A DNA stretch of 64,000 bases from Sedimentisphaerales bacterium (GTDB lineage: Bacteria; Planctomycetota; Phycisphaerae; Sedimentisphaerales; SM23-30), in assembly GCA_963663805.2 (NCBI GenBank), contig CAXXMR010000008.1, forward strand, positions 1 through 64,000. Direction: 5' to 3'. Position numbers and translations under genes: made by a program. Every line of letters starts with the position of its first letter. The first letter of the stretch is position 1. The notes below the pieces were generated by a model. The model did not search any database. It had not been told where the DNA came from and saw only the letters and a program-made list of their open reading frames with translations. This document shows, in pieces, positions 21,123 to 32,700 of the stretch.

Positions 21123-22544
21123 ATGACGACCCTCGCACTTGACAAGAACCTCGACTATAAAGTTGCCGATATGTCCCAGGCTGATTTCGGCCTGAAGGAG
21201 ATGGATATCGCCGAACGCGAGATGCCCGGCCTGATGGCTGTTCGTGCTAAGTATGGTAAGGGTAAGCCGTTACAGGGTTTGAAGGTCACCGGCTCACTGC
21301 ACATGACTATTCAAACCGCTATGCTCATCGAATCCCTTCGTGCCATTGGTGCCGATATTCGCTGGGCCTCCTGCAATATTTTCTCCACTCAGGACCACGC
21401 CGCTGCGGCGATTGCCAAACTGGGCACTCCGGTTTTTGCCTGGAAAGGCGAGACCCTGGAGGAGTACTGGTGGTGCACCGAGCAGGCCCTCACTTGGCCG
21501 GACGGGTCGGGGCCGGACCTTATTGTCGATGACGGCGGCGATGCCACTATGTTCGTTCTCGAAGGTGTGCGGGCGGAAAAAGACCCTTCAATTCTCGATA
21601 AACCCACTGATAACCCGGAGTTAGCGATTGTTCGCAAACGCCTCAAAGCGAGTATTCAGGCCGACCCGCAACGCTGGACTAAGGTCGCCAACAATATTCG
21701 GGGTGTATCCGAAGAGACCACCACCGGTGTACATCGGCTCTATCAGCTGGCTGAAAAGGGTGAGCTGATGTTCCCGGCTATTAACGTAAATGACTCCGTA
21801 ACAAAGAGTAAGTTCGATAATCTCTACGGTTGTCGCGAATCGCTCGCCGACGGTATCAAACGTGCCACCGATGTTATGGTCAGCGGCAAGGTTGTGGTTG
21901 TTTGCGGCTACGGCGACGTTGGCAAGGGTTGTGCCCAGTCGATGAGAGGCCTTGGAGCCCGCGTGCTGATTACCGAAATCGACCCCATCTGCGCTTTGCA
22001 GGCGGCAATGGAAGGCTATGAAGTCGCGACGATGGAAGATATTGTCGGTAAAGGGGATGTATTTGTGACCGCCACCGGCAACTGCGATGTTATCACCGGT
22101 GCCCACATGGAAATGATGAAAGACGAAGCCATTATCTGCAATATTGGTCACTTCGACAGTGAAATCCAGATGAGCTATCTGGAAAACTCCGCCGATTGCA
22201 AAAAAGAAGTTATTAAGCCCCAGGTTGACCGCTGGACCCTCAAGTCGGGTAATCGGATTATCGTTCTTGCCGAAGGCAGACTGGTCAACCTCGGCTGTGC
22301 CACGGGCCATCCCAGTTTTGTTATGAGCAATAGTTTTACCAACCAGTGTCTGGCGCAAATCATGCTGGCACAGGAAGATATGCAGCCTTCGGTTTATACG
22401 CTGCCCAAGCATCTGGACGAAGAAGTTGCCCGACTGCATCTGGATCGCCTCAGTGTTAAGCTGACCAAACTGACAGCAAAACAGGCGGAATATCTCGGTA
22501 TTCCCGTTGACGGCCCCTACAAGCCCGACCACTATCGTTATTAA
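21123..22544 (+). CDS. ahcY: Adenosylhomocysteinase
   Basis: [64 protein letters not shown]. Confidence 0.98.
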   Translation: MTTLALDKNLDYKVADMSQADFGLKEMDIAEREMPGLMAVRAKYGKGKPLQGLKVTGSLHMTIQTAMLIESLRAIGADIRWASCNIFSTQDHAAAAIAKLGTPVFAWKGETLEEYWWCTEQALTWPDGSGPDLIVDDGGDATMFVLEGVRAEKDPSILDKPTDNPELAIVRKRLKASIQADPQRWTKVANNIRGVSEETTTGVHRLYQLAEKGELMFPAINVNDSVTKSKFDNLYGCRESLADGIKRATDVMVSGKVVVVCGYGDVGKGCAQSMRGLGARVLITEIDPICALQAAMEGYEVATMEDIVGKGDVFVTATGNCDVITGAHMEMMKDEAIICNIGHFDSEIQMSYLENSADCKKEVIKPQVDRWTLKSGNRIIVLAEGRLVNLGCATGHPSFVMSNSFTNQCLAQIMLAQEDMQPSVYTLPKHLDEEVARLHLDRLSVKLTKLTAKQAEYLGIPVDGPYKPDHYRY

Positions 22545-22589
22545 TAGTAATAGTATTACGGATTCAGGCAGTTAATAAGGTTCCGGCTT

Positions 22590-23428
22590 ATGGCTACAGT
22601 TGGGTTGCGCAAACTTACGATACCTTTGGCCCTGCTGGTAATCTGCGCCGGTTGTCGGTCGGGTTCTCCGAAAGAAACGCTTCTGAGTCCGCCGGTTGTC
22701 GGTCAGCCGGGGCGGTCAGAAGCCCTGGATTCATACGGTTCGGTACTTAAAGAACTGACCAACAAGAAAAACAAACATTCCCTGCTGCTGATTTGTCGTG
22801 AGAGTAAACTGCAAAACTCATTGGCGGGGTATCTTAATTATTACCGCGAGCCGGAAAGTTTGCCGGCAGCGGATTTGGCGCGGCAGGCGTGCTATATCAA
22901 CCTTTATAACGGCTGGATGTTATGGTCGCTGAATCAGTTTCGCAAGCAGACGGAAATTACCGACTGGGGTATCTGGCAGGGGGCCGTTCGTTTTATTATC
23001 ACGGATGAGACCTTCTCTTTCAAAGAGTTGGGTGAAGCTATCCTGAAAAATGGGGACTGGCGGGCAGAACTGACTCTGGCAGGGCCGCGGATAACCGACC
23101 CGCCTTTGTTTTGTCGGCCTTTCGATGGGGAAGAACTGAACGAACAACTTGATTGGTCGGTGTGTCGCTATCTGAAAGACGACAGCGGCTATCAGGACGA
23201 TTTTGAAGGCAGGCGGATTTTGTTCGGGCCGGTAATCATGGAGCATCAGGGCGAGATATTCAGTCATTATCAGGAAGTTTACGGGGGGCTAATAAAGTAT
23301 CCCTGACTACCGCCTTGACGGTTTGGGCTGATGATTATACCCGCAAAAGACTTATCGATATGGTCGGCATGGAAATAGGCCTTATTCCTCCCCGCGCGAA
23401 ATTGCGTGGCGACGCGGAGGATAAATAA
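22590..23428 (+). CDS. DUF547-like lipoprotein; probable frameshift near 23283-23300
   Basis: Lipobox-like ICAGC and ACYINLYN. An alternative frame continues to a TAA overlapping the next ATG. Confidence 0.55.
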
Positions 23429-24453
23429 TGGACAAGTTTCGCGTTGGCCTGATAGGTTTACAGGAAAGCGGCAAAATTGTTCTGGCTGAACTCGCTCGCA
23501 ACGAATGTTTCCATCTGGAGGCCATTGCCGACGAGGATTTTGAATTAGCCAAGGAACTCGCCGCGGACCATGAAGTCAGACCTTACGACGACCGCCGCAG
23601 TTTGATAGTTCAGGAAAAGCTCGACATTATTTTTCTGACGTTGCCCACCTATCGCTGCGGTGAATGTGTGGCTCAGGCGGTAAAAACCGGTTCGCATATC
23701 TTCAAAAGTAATTCTCTGGCCCGGACCATGCCCGAAGCCGCCGAATGGCTCAAACAAATGGACAAGGCCGGGTTGAGATTTGAAGTTGGTGTCGAATTGC
23801 GTTTCGCGCCGGGCTATCTCGAAGGGCACCGGCTGCTGGCAGAAGAAAAGATTGGTAACATATATATGGTCCGGGCTGAGTCGCTCACTCCCTACCCGGA
23901 GCAGATGGGTTGGCGGGGCGACCCGGTTATGGCCGGCGGCGGGGCGCTAATTGACATCGGCTACGGTTTGATTGACCAGATTAACTGGAACCTGAACCCG
24001 CCGGAAAGAGTCTACGCTCAGCATGTGGGCATGTGCAGCAAGAAAAAACTGCCGCCTTACCGCACCGAAGATACCGCGACCATGACGCTGACCTTTCCCA
24101 GTGGAGCGATAGGTCAGTTGCTTTGCGGCTGGACCGATGGTCAGCACAGCGAACGAATAGCGTATTACGGCACCGAGGGTATACTGGAAACATTCCGAGA
24201 TGCGATACGGCTGTGGGACAACGAAGGTAATTTACTCCGTGCCGAAGTGTACCCGGAAGTAAATCAACAATGGCTTATCGCTCAACAAATTCGACACTTT
24301 GCGGACTCGCTGCTCGATAACGAAATCTTGCCGGCTAGTACGCCGCGTCAGCATCTGGCGACCGTAGCGACTATCGAAGCGGCGTATCTTTCGTCCCGGA
24401 CTCAGGGGCCGGAAACGCTGGCGGTTTATGGACAATTATTTGATATTGAATAA
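23428..24453 (+). CDS. Gfo/Idh/MocA family oxidoreductase
   Basis: RVGLIGL Rossmann start, LRFAPGY, IGNIY, WRGDPVMAGGGALIDIG. Confidence 0.88.
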   Translation: MDKFRVGLIGLQESGKIVLAELARNECFHLEAIADEDFELAKELAADHEVRPYDDRRSLIVQEKLDIIFLTLPTYRCGECVAQAVKTGSHIFKSNSLARTMPEAAEWLKQMDKAGLRFEVGVELRFAPGYLEGHRLLAEEKIGNIYMVRAESLTPYPEQMGWRGDPVMAGGGALIDIGYGLIDQINWNLNPPERVYAQHVGMCSKKKLPPYRTEDTATMTLTFPSGAIGQLLCGWTDGQHSERIAYYGTEGILETFRDAIRLWDNEGNLLRAEVYPEVNQQWLIAQQIRHFADSLLDNEILPASTPRQHLATVATIEAAYLSSRTQGPETLAVYGQLFDIE

Positions 24454-24465
24454 TCAGGCGAATTA

Positions 24466-25515
24466 ATGAAACACATTTTTGATTGCACCAAAGAAGAACT
24501 AAGCCAATGGCTTGGTCAAAATAACCAGCAGAGTTTTCGCGTCAACCAGATTTTGCAGTGGGTCTATGAAAAGAAGGTTTACGACTGGAACCTGATGACC
24601 AATCTGGCCGGGCCGCTGCGGGAATTACTGGCCCAGGAATGGCAGATAAAAACCGCCCGGCTGCGTGAGGAAAAAGTATGCCCGGACGACACCGTCAAAC
24701 TGCTTCTGGAATGGCCCGATGCGGCGTTGACCGAGACGGTGCTGCTCAGTGACGACAGACGGCGAACGGTTTGTGTCTCGTCGCAGGTGGGTTGCCCGGT
24801 GGGATGTAAGTTTTGTGCTTCGGGCCTGGAAGGATTGCAGCGGTCATTAACCGCCGGGGAAATTGTCGAGCAGGTAATCCAGACCGAAGCGTTTCTGGCA
24901 GAGGGCGAACGGATAAGCAATGTTGTGGTAATGGGCACGGGCGAGCCGTTTGCCAATTACGATGCGGTGCTGAAAGCGGTGCGGATACTCAACGCCGAAT
25001 GGGGCCCGGCCATCGGGGCTCGACATATCACCATCAGCACCATCGGTCTGCCGGACGAGATTCGCCGACTGGCGGATGAGGACTTGCAGGTTACACTGGC
25101 AGTGAGTCTACACGCCGCGGATGATGAGCTGCGTGAGAAGCTGATACCGTGGGCGCAGAAAATTAAAATTGATGACATCATTACCGCGGTTATCGATTAT
25201 TATGAAAAAACTCATCGCGAAGTCACCTTTGAGTATGTACTGCTGGAAAGAATAAATGACTCTGCGGCAGAAGCTGAAAAGCTGGCACGTCTGGCCCATC
25301 GCTGCCGCTGCAACGTAAACCTGATTCGCTATAACGAGGTAATCGAAACCGGCTATCGGGCACCCAAGCGTGAAGTTTGTCTGGATTTTCAGGAACGATT
25401 GCGGAAACTGGGAGTTAATGTTCACCTGCGCAAGAGCAAAGGTGCCGACATCGACGCCGCCTGCGGACAACTGCGTAACCGGCATCTGGCAAGCGACCGC
25501 GAAAACGATGTTTGA
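24466..25515 (+). CDS. rlmN: 23S rRNA (A2503-C2) methyltransferase
   Basis: CVSSQVGCPVGCKFCASG, MGTGEPFAN, SLHA, DIDAACGQL. Confidence 0.97.
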   Translation: MKHIFDCTKEELSQWLGQNNQQSFRVNQILQWVYEKKVYDWNLMTNLAGPLRELLAQEWQIKTARLREEKVCPDDTVKLLLEWPDAALTETVLLSDDRRRTVCVSSQVGCPVGCKFCASGLEGLQRSLTAGEIVEQVIQTEAFLAEGERISNVVVMGTGEPFANYDAVLKAVRILNAEWGPAIGARHITISTIGLPDEIRRLADEDLQVTLAVSLHAADDELREKLIPWAQKIKIDDIITAVIDYYEKTHREVTFEYVLLERINDSAAEAEKLARLAHRCRCNVNLIRYNEVIETGYRAPKREVCLDFQERLRKLGVNVHLRKSKGADIDAACGQLRNRHLASDRENDV

Positions 25516-26213
25516 AAGATACAGAAATGATTAAGGTATTGCAAAACTGGGACGAAATCGGCCGGGCGGTAATCGGCCTGGGCGAGATGGATATTCCCCG
25601 CCACGGCAGTCTGGAGAAGTGCTGGGACTTTGAGATTCTGACCGGCCTGGTCGCGGATATGCCGCGTAATATAGATATTGTGGATATGGGGTGCAGCGGC
25701 CTGCATACTTTGCGACTTCTGCACCATTTAGGTTTTCAGAATCTTTACGGGGTGGATTTGTGTCCGACATTGCTGGACCGTGCCAAACAATTAAAACTTA
25801 TGCTGCGGGAAAAACGCCTGACTTCACCATTCAAAGTCAAACGGGGCGATATGACGCGGACAAGTTTTACGACAGGAAGATTTGACCTGGCAACCTGCAT
25901 ATCAGTTCTCGAACACGGGGTAAACCGCCAAGCGTTCATTAAGGAAGCGGCTCGAATTCTCAAGCCCGGCGGGATGTTGATGGTAACTGCTGATTATTGG
26001 CAGGACCGCGTGGATATGGGCGGGATCGGGCAGGAGTTCAATTTGCCCTGGACGATACTTTCCCGCGAGGACATCGAGAGTTTAATCAGGCTCGGCCAGG
26101 AAAACGGGCTACACCTGAAAAACAAAATGGACATCCCCGCCTGCGACCAGCGTTGTATTATCTGGCAAAAGAAACGTTTTACTTTTATCGCTCTGGTTTT
26201 TGTGCGGGAGTAA
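25512..26213 (+). CDS. Class I SAM-dependent methyltransferase
   Basis: VDMGCSG, FDLATCISVLEH, ARILKPGG. Confidence 0.88.
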   Translation: MKDTEMIKVLQNWDEIGRAVIGLGEMDIPRHGSLEKCWDFEILTGLVADMPRNIDIVDMGCSGLHTLRLLHHLGFQNLYGVDLCPTLLDRAKQLKLMLREKRLTSPFKVKRGDMTRTSFTTGRFDLATCISVLEHGVNRQAFIKEAARILKPGGMLMVTADYWQDRVDMGGIGQEFNLPWTILSREDIESLIRLGQENGLHLKNKMDIPACDQRCIIWQKKRFTFIALVFVRE

Positions 26214-27606
26214 TCACTCGGACCTGTTCTGGCCGGTCTGAGCTTCTTTTTCCGCCAGGGCTTCCAGAATGCGGGCGGACTGGAGCCGATAGAATTTGGC
26301 CCCGATGGTATTCCAGCCGTCATCGTGCTTCATGGAGTGCATCACCACCGCAACCAGCTTGACTGGTTCCTGGTCTTCGCTGCCGGGAATGACGATACAA
26401 ACATTGTCGTCATGGCTTAGATTCGCGGACGTAATAAAACCCATACCCGAACGCGACATATTATGTATGGTGATTTTCTCTTTGTCGCCCAGCTTGAGTT
26501 GTCCTTTGACTTTTTTGACAACATGCATGATGGCGACCTTGCGGAAAAAATGCCGTTGGTGCTGACGCCGAGCGACTCCGTATGACCCTTTATCAGCATT
26601 TTCAGGAACAGCCCATTCCTTATTGCCGCTGAGCAATTCGTTTTGAATCATCTCCACAAACAACTCCACAACATCCCGGTCAAATTTCTCCGGTGCTTCC
26701 TGAGTGAGAATGTCCAGGGTTTTCTCAACTGAATATGTCGTGCTGCGGTAGGGCCTGACCGAAGTCATCGCGTCAAAAGTATCGATAACAGCAATAATTT
26801 TGCCGCCGATAGAAATTTCATCCGCCATCAGCCCCTGCGGGTACCCGCTGCCGTCGATTCGCTCGTGATGCTCCAATACTATTCTAAGTGACTCTTCAGG
26901 TATAGTCGCGATTTTCTTGAGATGGTTATAGCCCAGATTCACGTGTTCAGCGATAAGGGCGTATTCCTGCTCAGTGAGTTTCTTGGTGGTATTCAAAATT
27001 TCGCCTGGGAATAAACATCTTGCCAATATCATGCACCAGAGCGCTCAGTGTCAGGTTCTGGAGAAATGTTTTATCGGTAATCCCCATGTGATGGGCCAGG
27101 CTGATAGCGTAATTGCAGGTATTGACCAGATGGGTTGTGGTATAACAATCGTGCGCGGAAATCTCAAAAAGATGGCTAAAGGCTTTTTTATCCTGAAGCA
27201 CCAGTTCGACAATCGACTGGGCCAGGTTCGTCGTTCGTTGAATTTCAGATTCCTGCGGCGGCGTATCCATAAGTTCGCCGGAAAGCTGAGTGCAGGTTGA
27301 ATAAATCAGTTCGCATTTTTTCTTTGTAGGTTATATCGGGAGAATTTATGATTTTGCCCATATGCCTTTCGACAGTATGGTAATAGGCCATTTTGGTCAG
27401 CCGTCGAAACATAAGCGAAATGAATATCATTGGCCAGCAACCGGTCTCGTTCGCTGATGGTAAACGGTATCCCCCACGGCCCGATAAAGATGATACTCCT
27501 GCGCGTCATTGCGGATATAAATATCAAAATCCGTCAGACAGTCCGAGGGTATACTCGCCAAAGGAATTGGCAAATACCCCGCCTGGCAATCAACTGCTGA
27601 GGTCAT
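26214..27606 (-). CDS. HD-GYP c-di-GMP phosphodiesterase with C-terminal PilZ domain (paralog 1, several frameshifts)
   Basis: HDIGK, HHERIDGSGYP, IDTFDAMTSVRPYR; PilZ motifs RRQHQR and NMSRSG. N-terminus MTSAVDCQAGYLPIPLASIP (ATG at 27606) is homologous to paralog 2. Confidence 0.88.
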
Positions 27607-27813
27607 TTATCGGCCTTTGATTCTTACCTAAACGCTTCTCGCACACGGCGGCTCGTCAAAGCGGCCTCCGAGGTGTTTTTCGACATAATAGAATAAATAA
27701 TGAAGTGAGTGGGGATTGTAACGCTGAATTTAGCTATACCGCAATACTGCTGCCCGATAATTGAGCTTCGTTACAGATTGTTATCGGAGGGAGTTTTTTG
27801 CTGGTCAATGCTA

Positions 27814-29214
27814 TCACCGGCTCGGCATAGCGCTTTGTTTTACGAGTTGTTCCAGGATTTTCGCGGATTGCAGATTATAAAACCTGGCACCGATGGTATG
27901 CCAGCCGTCGTCATGGCTGTAAGAGTGAATTACCACCGCGACAAATTTGATGGGCTCAGTATTGTCTGGGCCGGGGATAACGATACACACATTGGCATCA
28001 CGCGGAAGCGGCTGGGGAGTGATAAATCCCATGCCCGAACGGGATATGTTATGAATTGTTATCCGGCAGGGCGAGCCGAGTTTTAGTTGGCCGCCGGCTT
28101 TGTCAATGGTCATCATCGAAGCGACTTTACGGAAGTAATGTCTTTCATGCCGACGACGAGCCTGGCCATTAGAGCCTTTGTCAGAATTTTTCAGGGACAG
28201 GCCACTGTAAATTATCTTTGCCGCCATTCTGAACGCCCGAACATTTCTTTCTTTATCATGTCAACGAAAGCTCACAACCACTTCACGGTCAAACTTCTCC
28301 GGCGAATTTTCGGTAAGGTAATCCAGAGTCTTTTCGACGGAATGGCTTTTGGCCCGATAAGGCCGGACACAGGGTCATGGCGTCAAAAGTATCTATGACC
28401 GCGATGATTCTGCCGCTCAGGGAAATCTGGTCGCCCATCAGACCATGCGGATAACCGCTGCCGTCGATTCGCTCGTGATGCTCCGCGGCGGCCTGCATAA
28501 TCTGAGGGGTGAAGGTTGCCGGTTTTTTTAAGATGGTCGCAGCCAAGCTGGACATGCTCACGAATAAAATCGAAATCCTTCTCCGACAGGTCTTCAGTAG
28601 AGTTTAGCAGATGAGAAGGAATGAACATTTTGCCAATGTCATGCAGCAACGCCCCCAATGCCAGGTTCTTGAGAAATTCTTCGTTCTGGATTTGCCATGT
28701 GGTGGGCCAAAGCAGTCGCGTAAGTACAGGTATTGACCAGATGGGTCGAAGTGTAGAAATCATGCGAGGAAACTTCAAACAGCCGCGAAAAGGCATTCTC
28801 GTCACGCATAACCATTTCCACTACAGCATGAGAAAGGTTGTCGGCCCGTTTAAGTTCTGCCGGGCCGGGCGGAGACTTGAGCAGTTGATGAGCCAGCTCC
28901 GTACAGGTGGAATATAGAATCTCGCTTTTCTGCTGCTGTTTGATTGTGGGACAGTTGATGACCCTGTCCAGATGGGCTTCGATGGTCTGATAATATTTTT
29001 CGTGGTCAGCCGTAGAAACATAGGCGAACTTGATGTCGTTGGCCAGCAGGCGGTCGCGGTCATCCTCCTCAAAACGCACACCTACGCCGCGATAAAGATA
29101 ATATTCGCTGCTGTTAGCTAAATAAATGTCCAGGTCGGTCAGGCATTCGGTGGGAATACTCGCCAGCGGAACCGGCAGGAAACCAGCCTGACAGCTTATT
29201 GTTTCAGTGGACAT
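27814..29214 (-). CDS. HD-GYP phosphodiesterase with C-terminal PilZ domain (paralog 2, several frameshifts)
   Basis: MSTETISCQAGFLPVPLASIP, LHDIGKM, HHERIDGSGYP; PilZ motifs RRRHER and NISRSG. Confidence 0.88.
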
Positions 29215-29736
29215 AAAATATACCTTTACGAGTCTTCTCTGTAAATCACCTTTAAGCTGATAATCGGCTGCTGTTTCAGGCATATAAAGATGATTGTTTA
29301 ATATAAGGGTTTATGGCGGTATAGGGTCGTATGCTCTGAGGAAAGAGTCCTAAAATAATCATTTCAGTAATATTAGTCGTCGTGGCGAGTTTTTTTTCGG
29401 GCCTGCTGGATGCAGCCCTCATAATCGTTAGAGGTGTAACAGACGCGGCAATCGGCACATGCGGGATAACTTAGGAAAAAACCAAAAATATTCGGACCTT
29501 GGTTTAGAACGACCGTAACGATTATACGAATGAAACCAGCGAAAAAACTGTTTGCCAATACTGAAATCAGTGTTTTGCATTGTATTGGGACGAAAAATAC
29601 GCCGACAAATATCTTGAGTGATTTGCCTGTTGTGTTGGGCAATCGTATAGTGACTGGTGTCGAATGGTGCTGACATTTCTCGTTGGCAGCGACATCAGGG
29701 TACAATACAGGGAATACCCTGAGTGAGTGGTGAAAA

Positions 29737-32700
29737 ATGTTTGAAAAATGGAAAAAACAGGCGGCTCGAAACAGGAAAAAAATGACCCAACCTAAAAAAG
29801 AAGACCAGAAGAAGACTACCGAATTTACCGGCGACATCGAAGCGCTCGAACCCAGAATTATGCTCTCAGCGACCTGGGTTGATGTCGATGCCGATAGTGA
29901 CCTGGAAGATGCCGTCGAACATAGCGGACGCTTTGGCTGACAGTCCCGACCTGGAACTTGCCGACGCCGACAGCAGCGGCGACCTTCTGGTCAGGGAAGT
30001 GGCGGACTCTGCTCCTGTATTATCGGCAAGACCCGCTCCTGCTTCTCCATTTGGCGCTGAACCGATAGCGGTAGAGCCGATCGAAGTGTCTGATTCTTCC
30101 CTGTTAGAGCTCGGCGGTAGCCACGACGCCTATGACTATAATGTCAACGACAGCGGCCAGCTTGAATTGACCCTCAACGGTAAAACCACAGTTGTCGATA
30201 GTGAAGTGGAAACTATTGACTTTGCCGACGGCACCTGGAACGTTGTCAATGGCAACGAAGGTGGCGACAAAAATGATATTATCATAGGCTCTAACAGCAG
30301 CAGTACAATGTACGGCAACGGCGGCGATGATGTTATTCTCGGTCGGGGCGGCAGCGATACAATCTACGGCGGTGACGGCAACGATATTATCATCGGCGGA
30401 ACCAGCTATGACTATCTCCACGGCGGTGCCGGCAACGATACCTTCATCTATAATGATGGCGACGGCGACGATAAATTCTACGGCGATGACGGCAACGATA
30501 CAATTGTCGGTACCGGCACGGAAATCGTCTTTAATAATCACACCGACGATGCAACTGTTGAATTTATTACCGGCGACAATGTTACTGTCAAGGGTACCAG
30601 CTCTTCCAACACCCTGGACTTCTCCGGTACGACCTTTACCGGCGTAGCAGCCATTGACGGCGGCGCCGGCAGCGACATAATTTATGGTACTGCTGGCGAT
30701 GACGTGATTATCGGCGGAACCAGCTACGATTACCTCCACGGTGGTGGTGGTGACGATACTTTCATCTATAATGACGACGGCGACGGCGACGACCGCTTCT
30801 ACGGCGATGACGGCAACGATACAATTGTCGGTACCGGCACGGAAATAGTTTTCAATAATCACACCGGTGATGCTACCGTCGAAAACGTAACCGGCGACAA
30901 TATTACCGTCAAGGGTACCAGCTCATCCAACACCCTCGATTTCTCCGGTACAACTTTCACCGGCGTGGTGGCGATTGACGGCGGCGCTGGCAGCGACATA
31001 ATTTATGGTACCGCCGGCGATGACGTGATTATCGGCGGAACCAGCTACGATTACCTCCACGGCGGTGCCGGCAACGATACCTTCATCTATAATGATGGCG
31101 ACGGCGACGATAAATTCTACCGGCGATGACGGCAACGATACAATTGTCGGTACCGGCACGGAAATAGTTTTCAATAATCACACCGGTGATGCTACCGTCG
31201 TGAAAACGTAACCGGCGACAATATTACCGTCAAGGGTACCAGCTCATCCAACACCCTCGATTTCTCCGGTACAACTTTCACCGGGCGTGGTGGCGATTGA
31301 CGGCGGCGCTGGCAGCGACATAATTTATGGTACCGCCGGCGATGACGTGATTATCGGCGGAACCAGCTACGATTACCTCCACGGCGGTGCCGGCAACGAT
31401 ACCTTCATCTACAATGACGGCGACGGCGACGATAAATTCTACGGCGATGACGGCAACGATACAATTGTCGGTACCGGCACGGAAATTGTCTTTAATAATC
31501 ACACCGGTGATGCTACCGTCGAAAACGTAACCGGCGACAATGTGACTGTTAAGGGTACCGGCTCTTCCAACACCCTCGACTTCTCCGGCACAACTTTCAC
31601 CGGCGTAGCAGCCATTGACGGCGGCGCCGGCAGCGATGTCATTTACGGTACCGCTGGCGACGACGTGATTATCGGCGGAACCAGCTACGATTACCTCCAC
31701 GGTGGTGGTGGTGACGATACTTTCATCTACAATGACGGCGACGGCGACGATAAATTCTACGGCGATGACGGCAACGATTACAATTGTCGGTACCGGCACG
31801 GAAATTGTCTTTAATAATCACACCGGTGATGCTACCGTCGAAAACGTAACCGGCGACAATGTGACTGTTAAGGGTACCGGCTCTTCTAACACCCTGGACT
31901 TCTCCGGTACAACTTTCACCGGCGTGGTAGCGATTGACGGCGGCGCCGGCAGCGACATAATTTATGGTACCGCGCGGCGATGAGCGTTATCATCGGTGGT
32001 TCCAGCTATGACTATCTTTACGGCAAACGGCGGAAATGATACCTTTATCGGTGATTCCGGCAACGATCGTATCGACGGCGGTGCGGGCACGGATACCGCG
32101 GTATACTCCGGCAACTATGGGCGATTATGAAATTAACGTTACCGACGGTGCTGGTTCCGTAAAGGATCTCAATACTGCTGATGGAGATGATGGTTATGAC
32201 AAACTCGAAAACATCGAATTCATATCCGCATCTGACAAAACTACTCAGCATGGCGATGTCGAACCGACCAATGTCGCGCCTGTCGCGAGCAATGACTATT
32301 ACGCTCTCAACGAAGACGGCACATTGACATTCAACGCTATTGATAATTGATACCGATGCCGATGGTGACAAAACTTACCGTTCAGGATTTCACCCAGGCC
32401 TCACATGGTAATGTCAAAAAATAATGGCGACGGCACATTCACCTATACACCTGCCGACAACTATAACGGTGCTGACAGTTTCACCTATACCGTCACCGAC
32501 GGCAATGGTCAAACCAGCACCGCGACCGTTAATTTCAAGGTCAATAGTGTAAACGACGGCCCTACGGCAATCGGCGATTCAATTACCGTTGTCGAAGATA
32601 ACAGCATAACTACCGGCAACCTGCTGGCTAACGATACTGACACTGACGGCGATGCGTTGGTAGTAAAATCCGTCAGTGAAGCCGACCACGGCACGGTAAT

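Noticed and set aside
29290..29736. c-di-GMP riboswitch between HD-GYP 2 and the adhesin; ORFs 29373..29837 and 29428..29676
   Set aside because: No GEMM motif found on either strand. The ORFs have no features and one overlaps the adhesin start.
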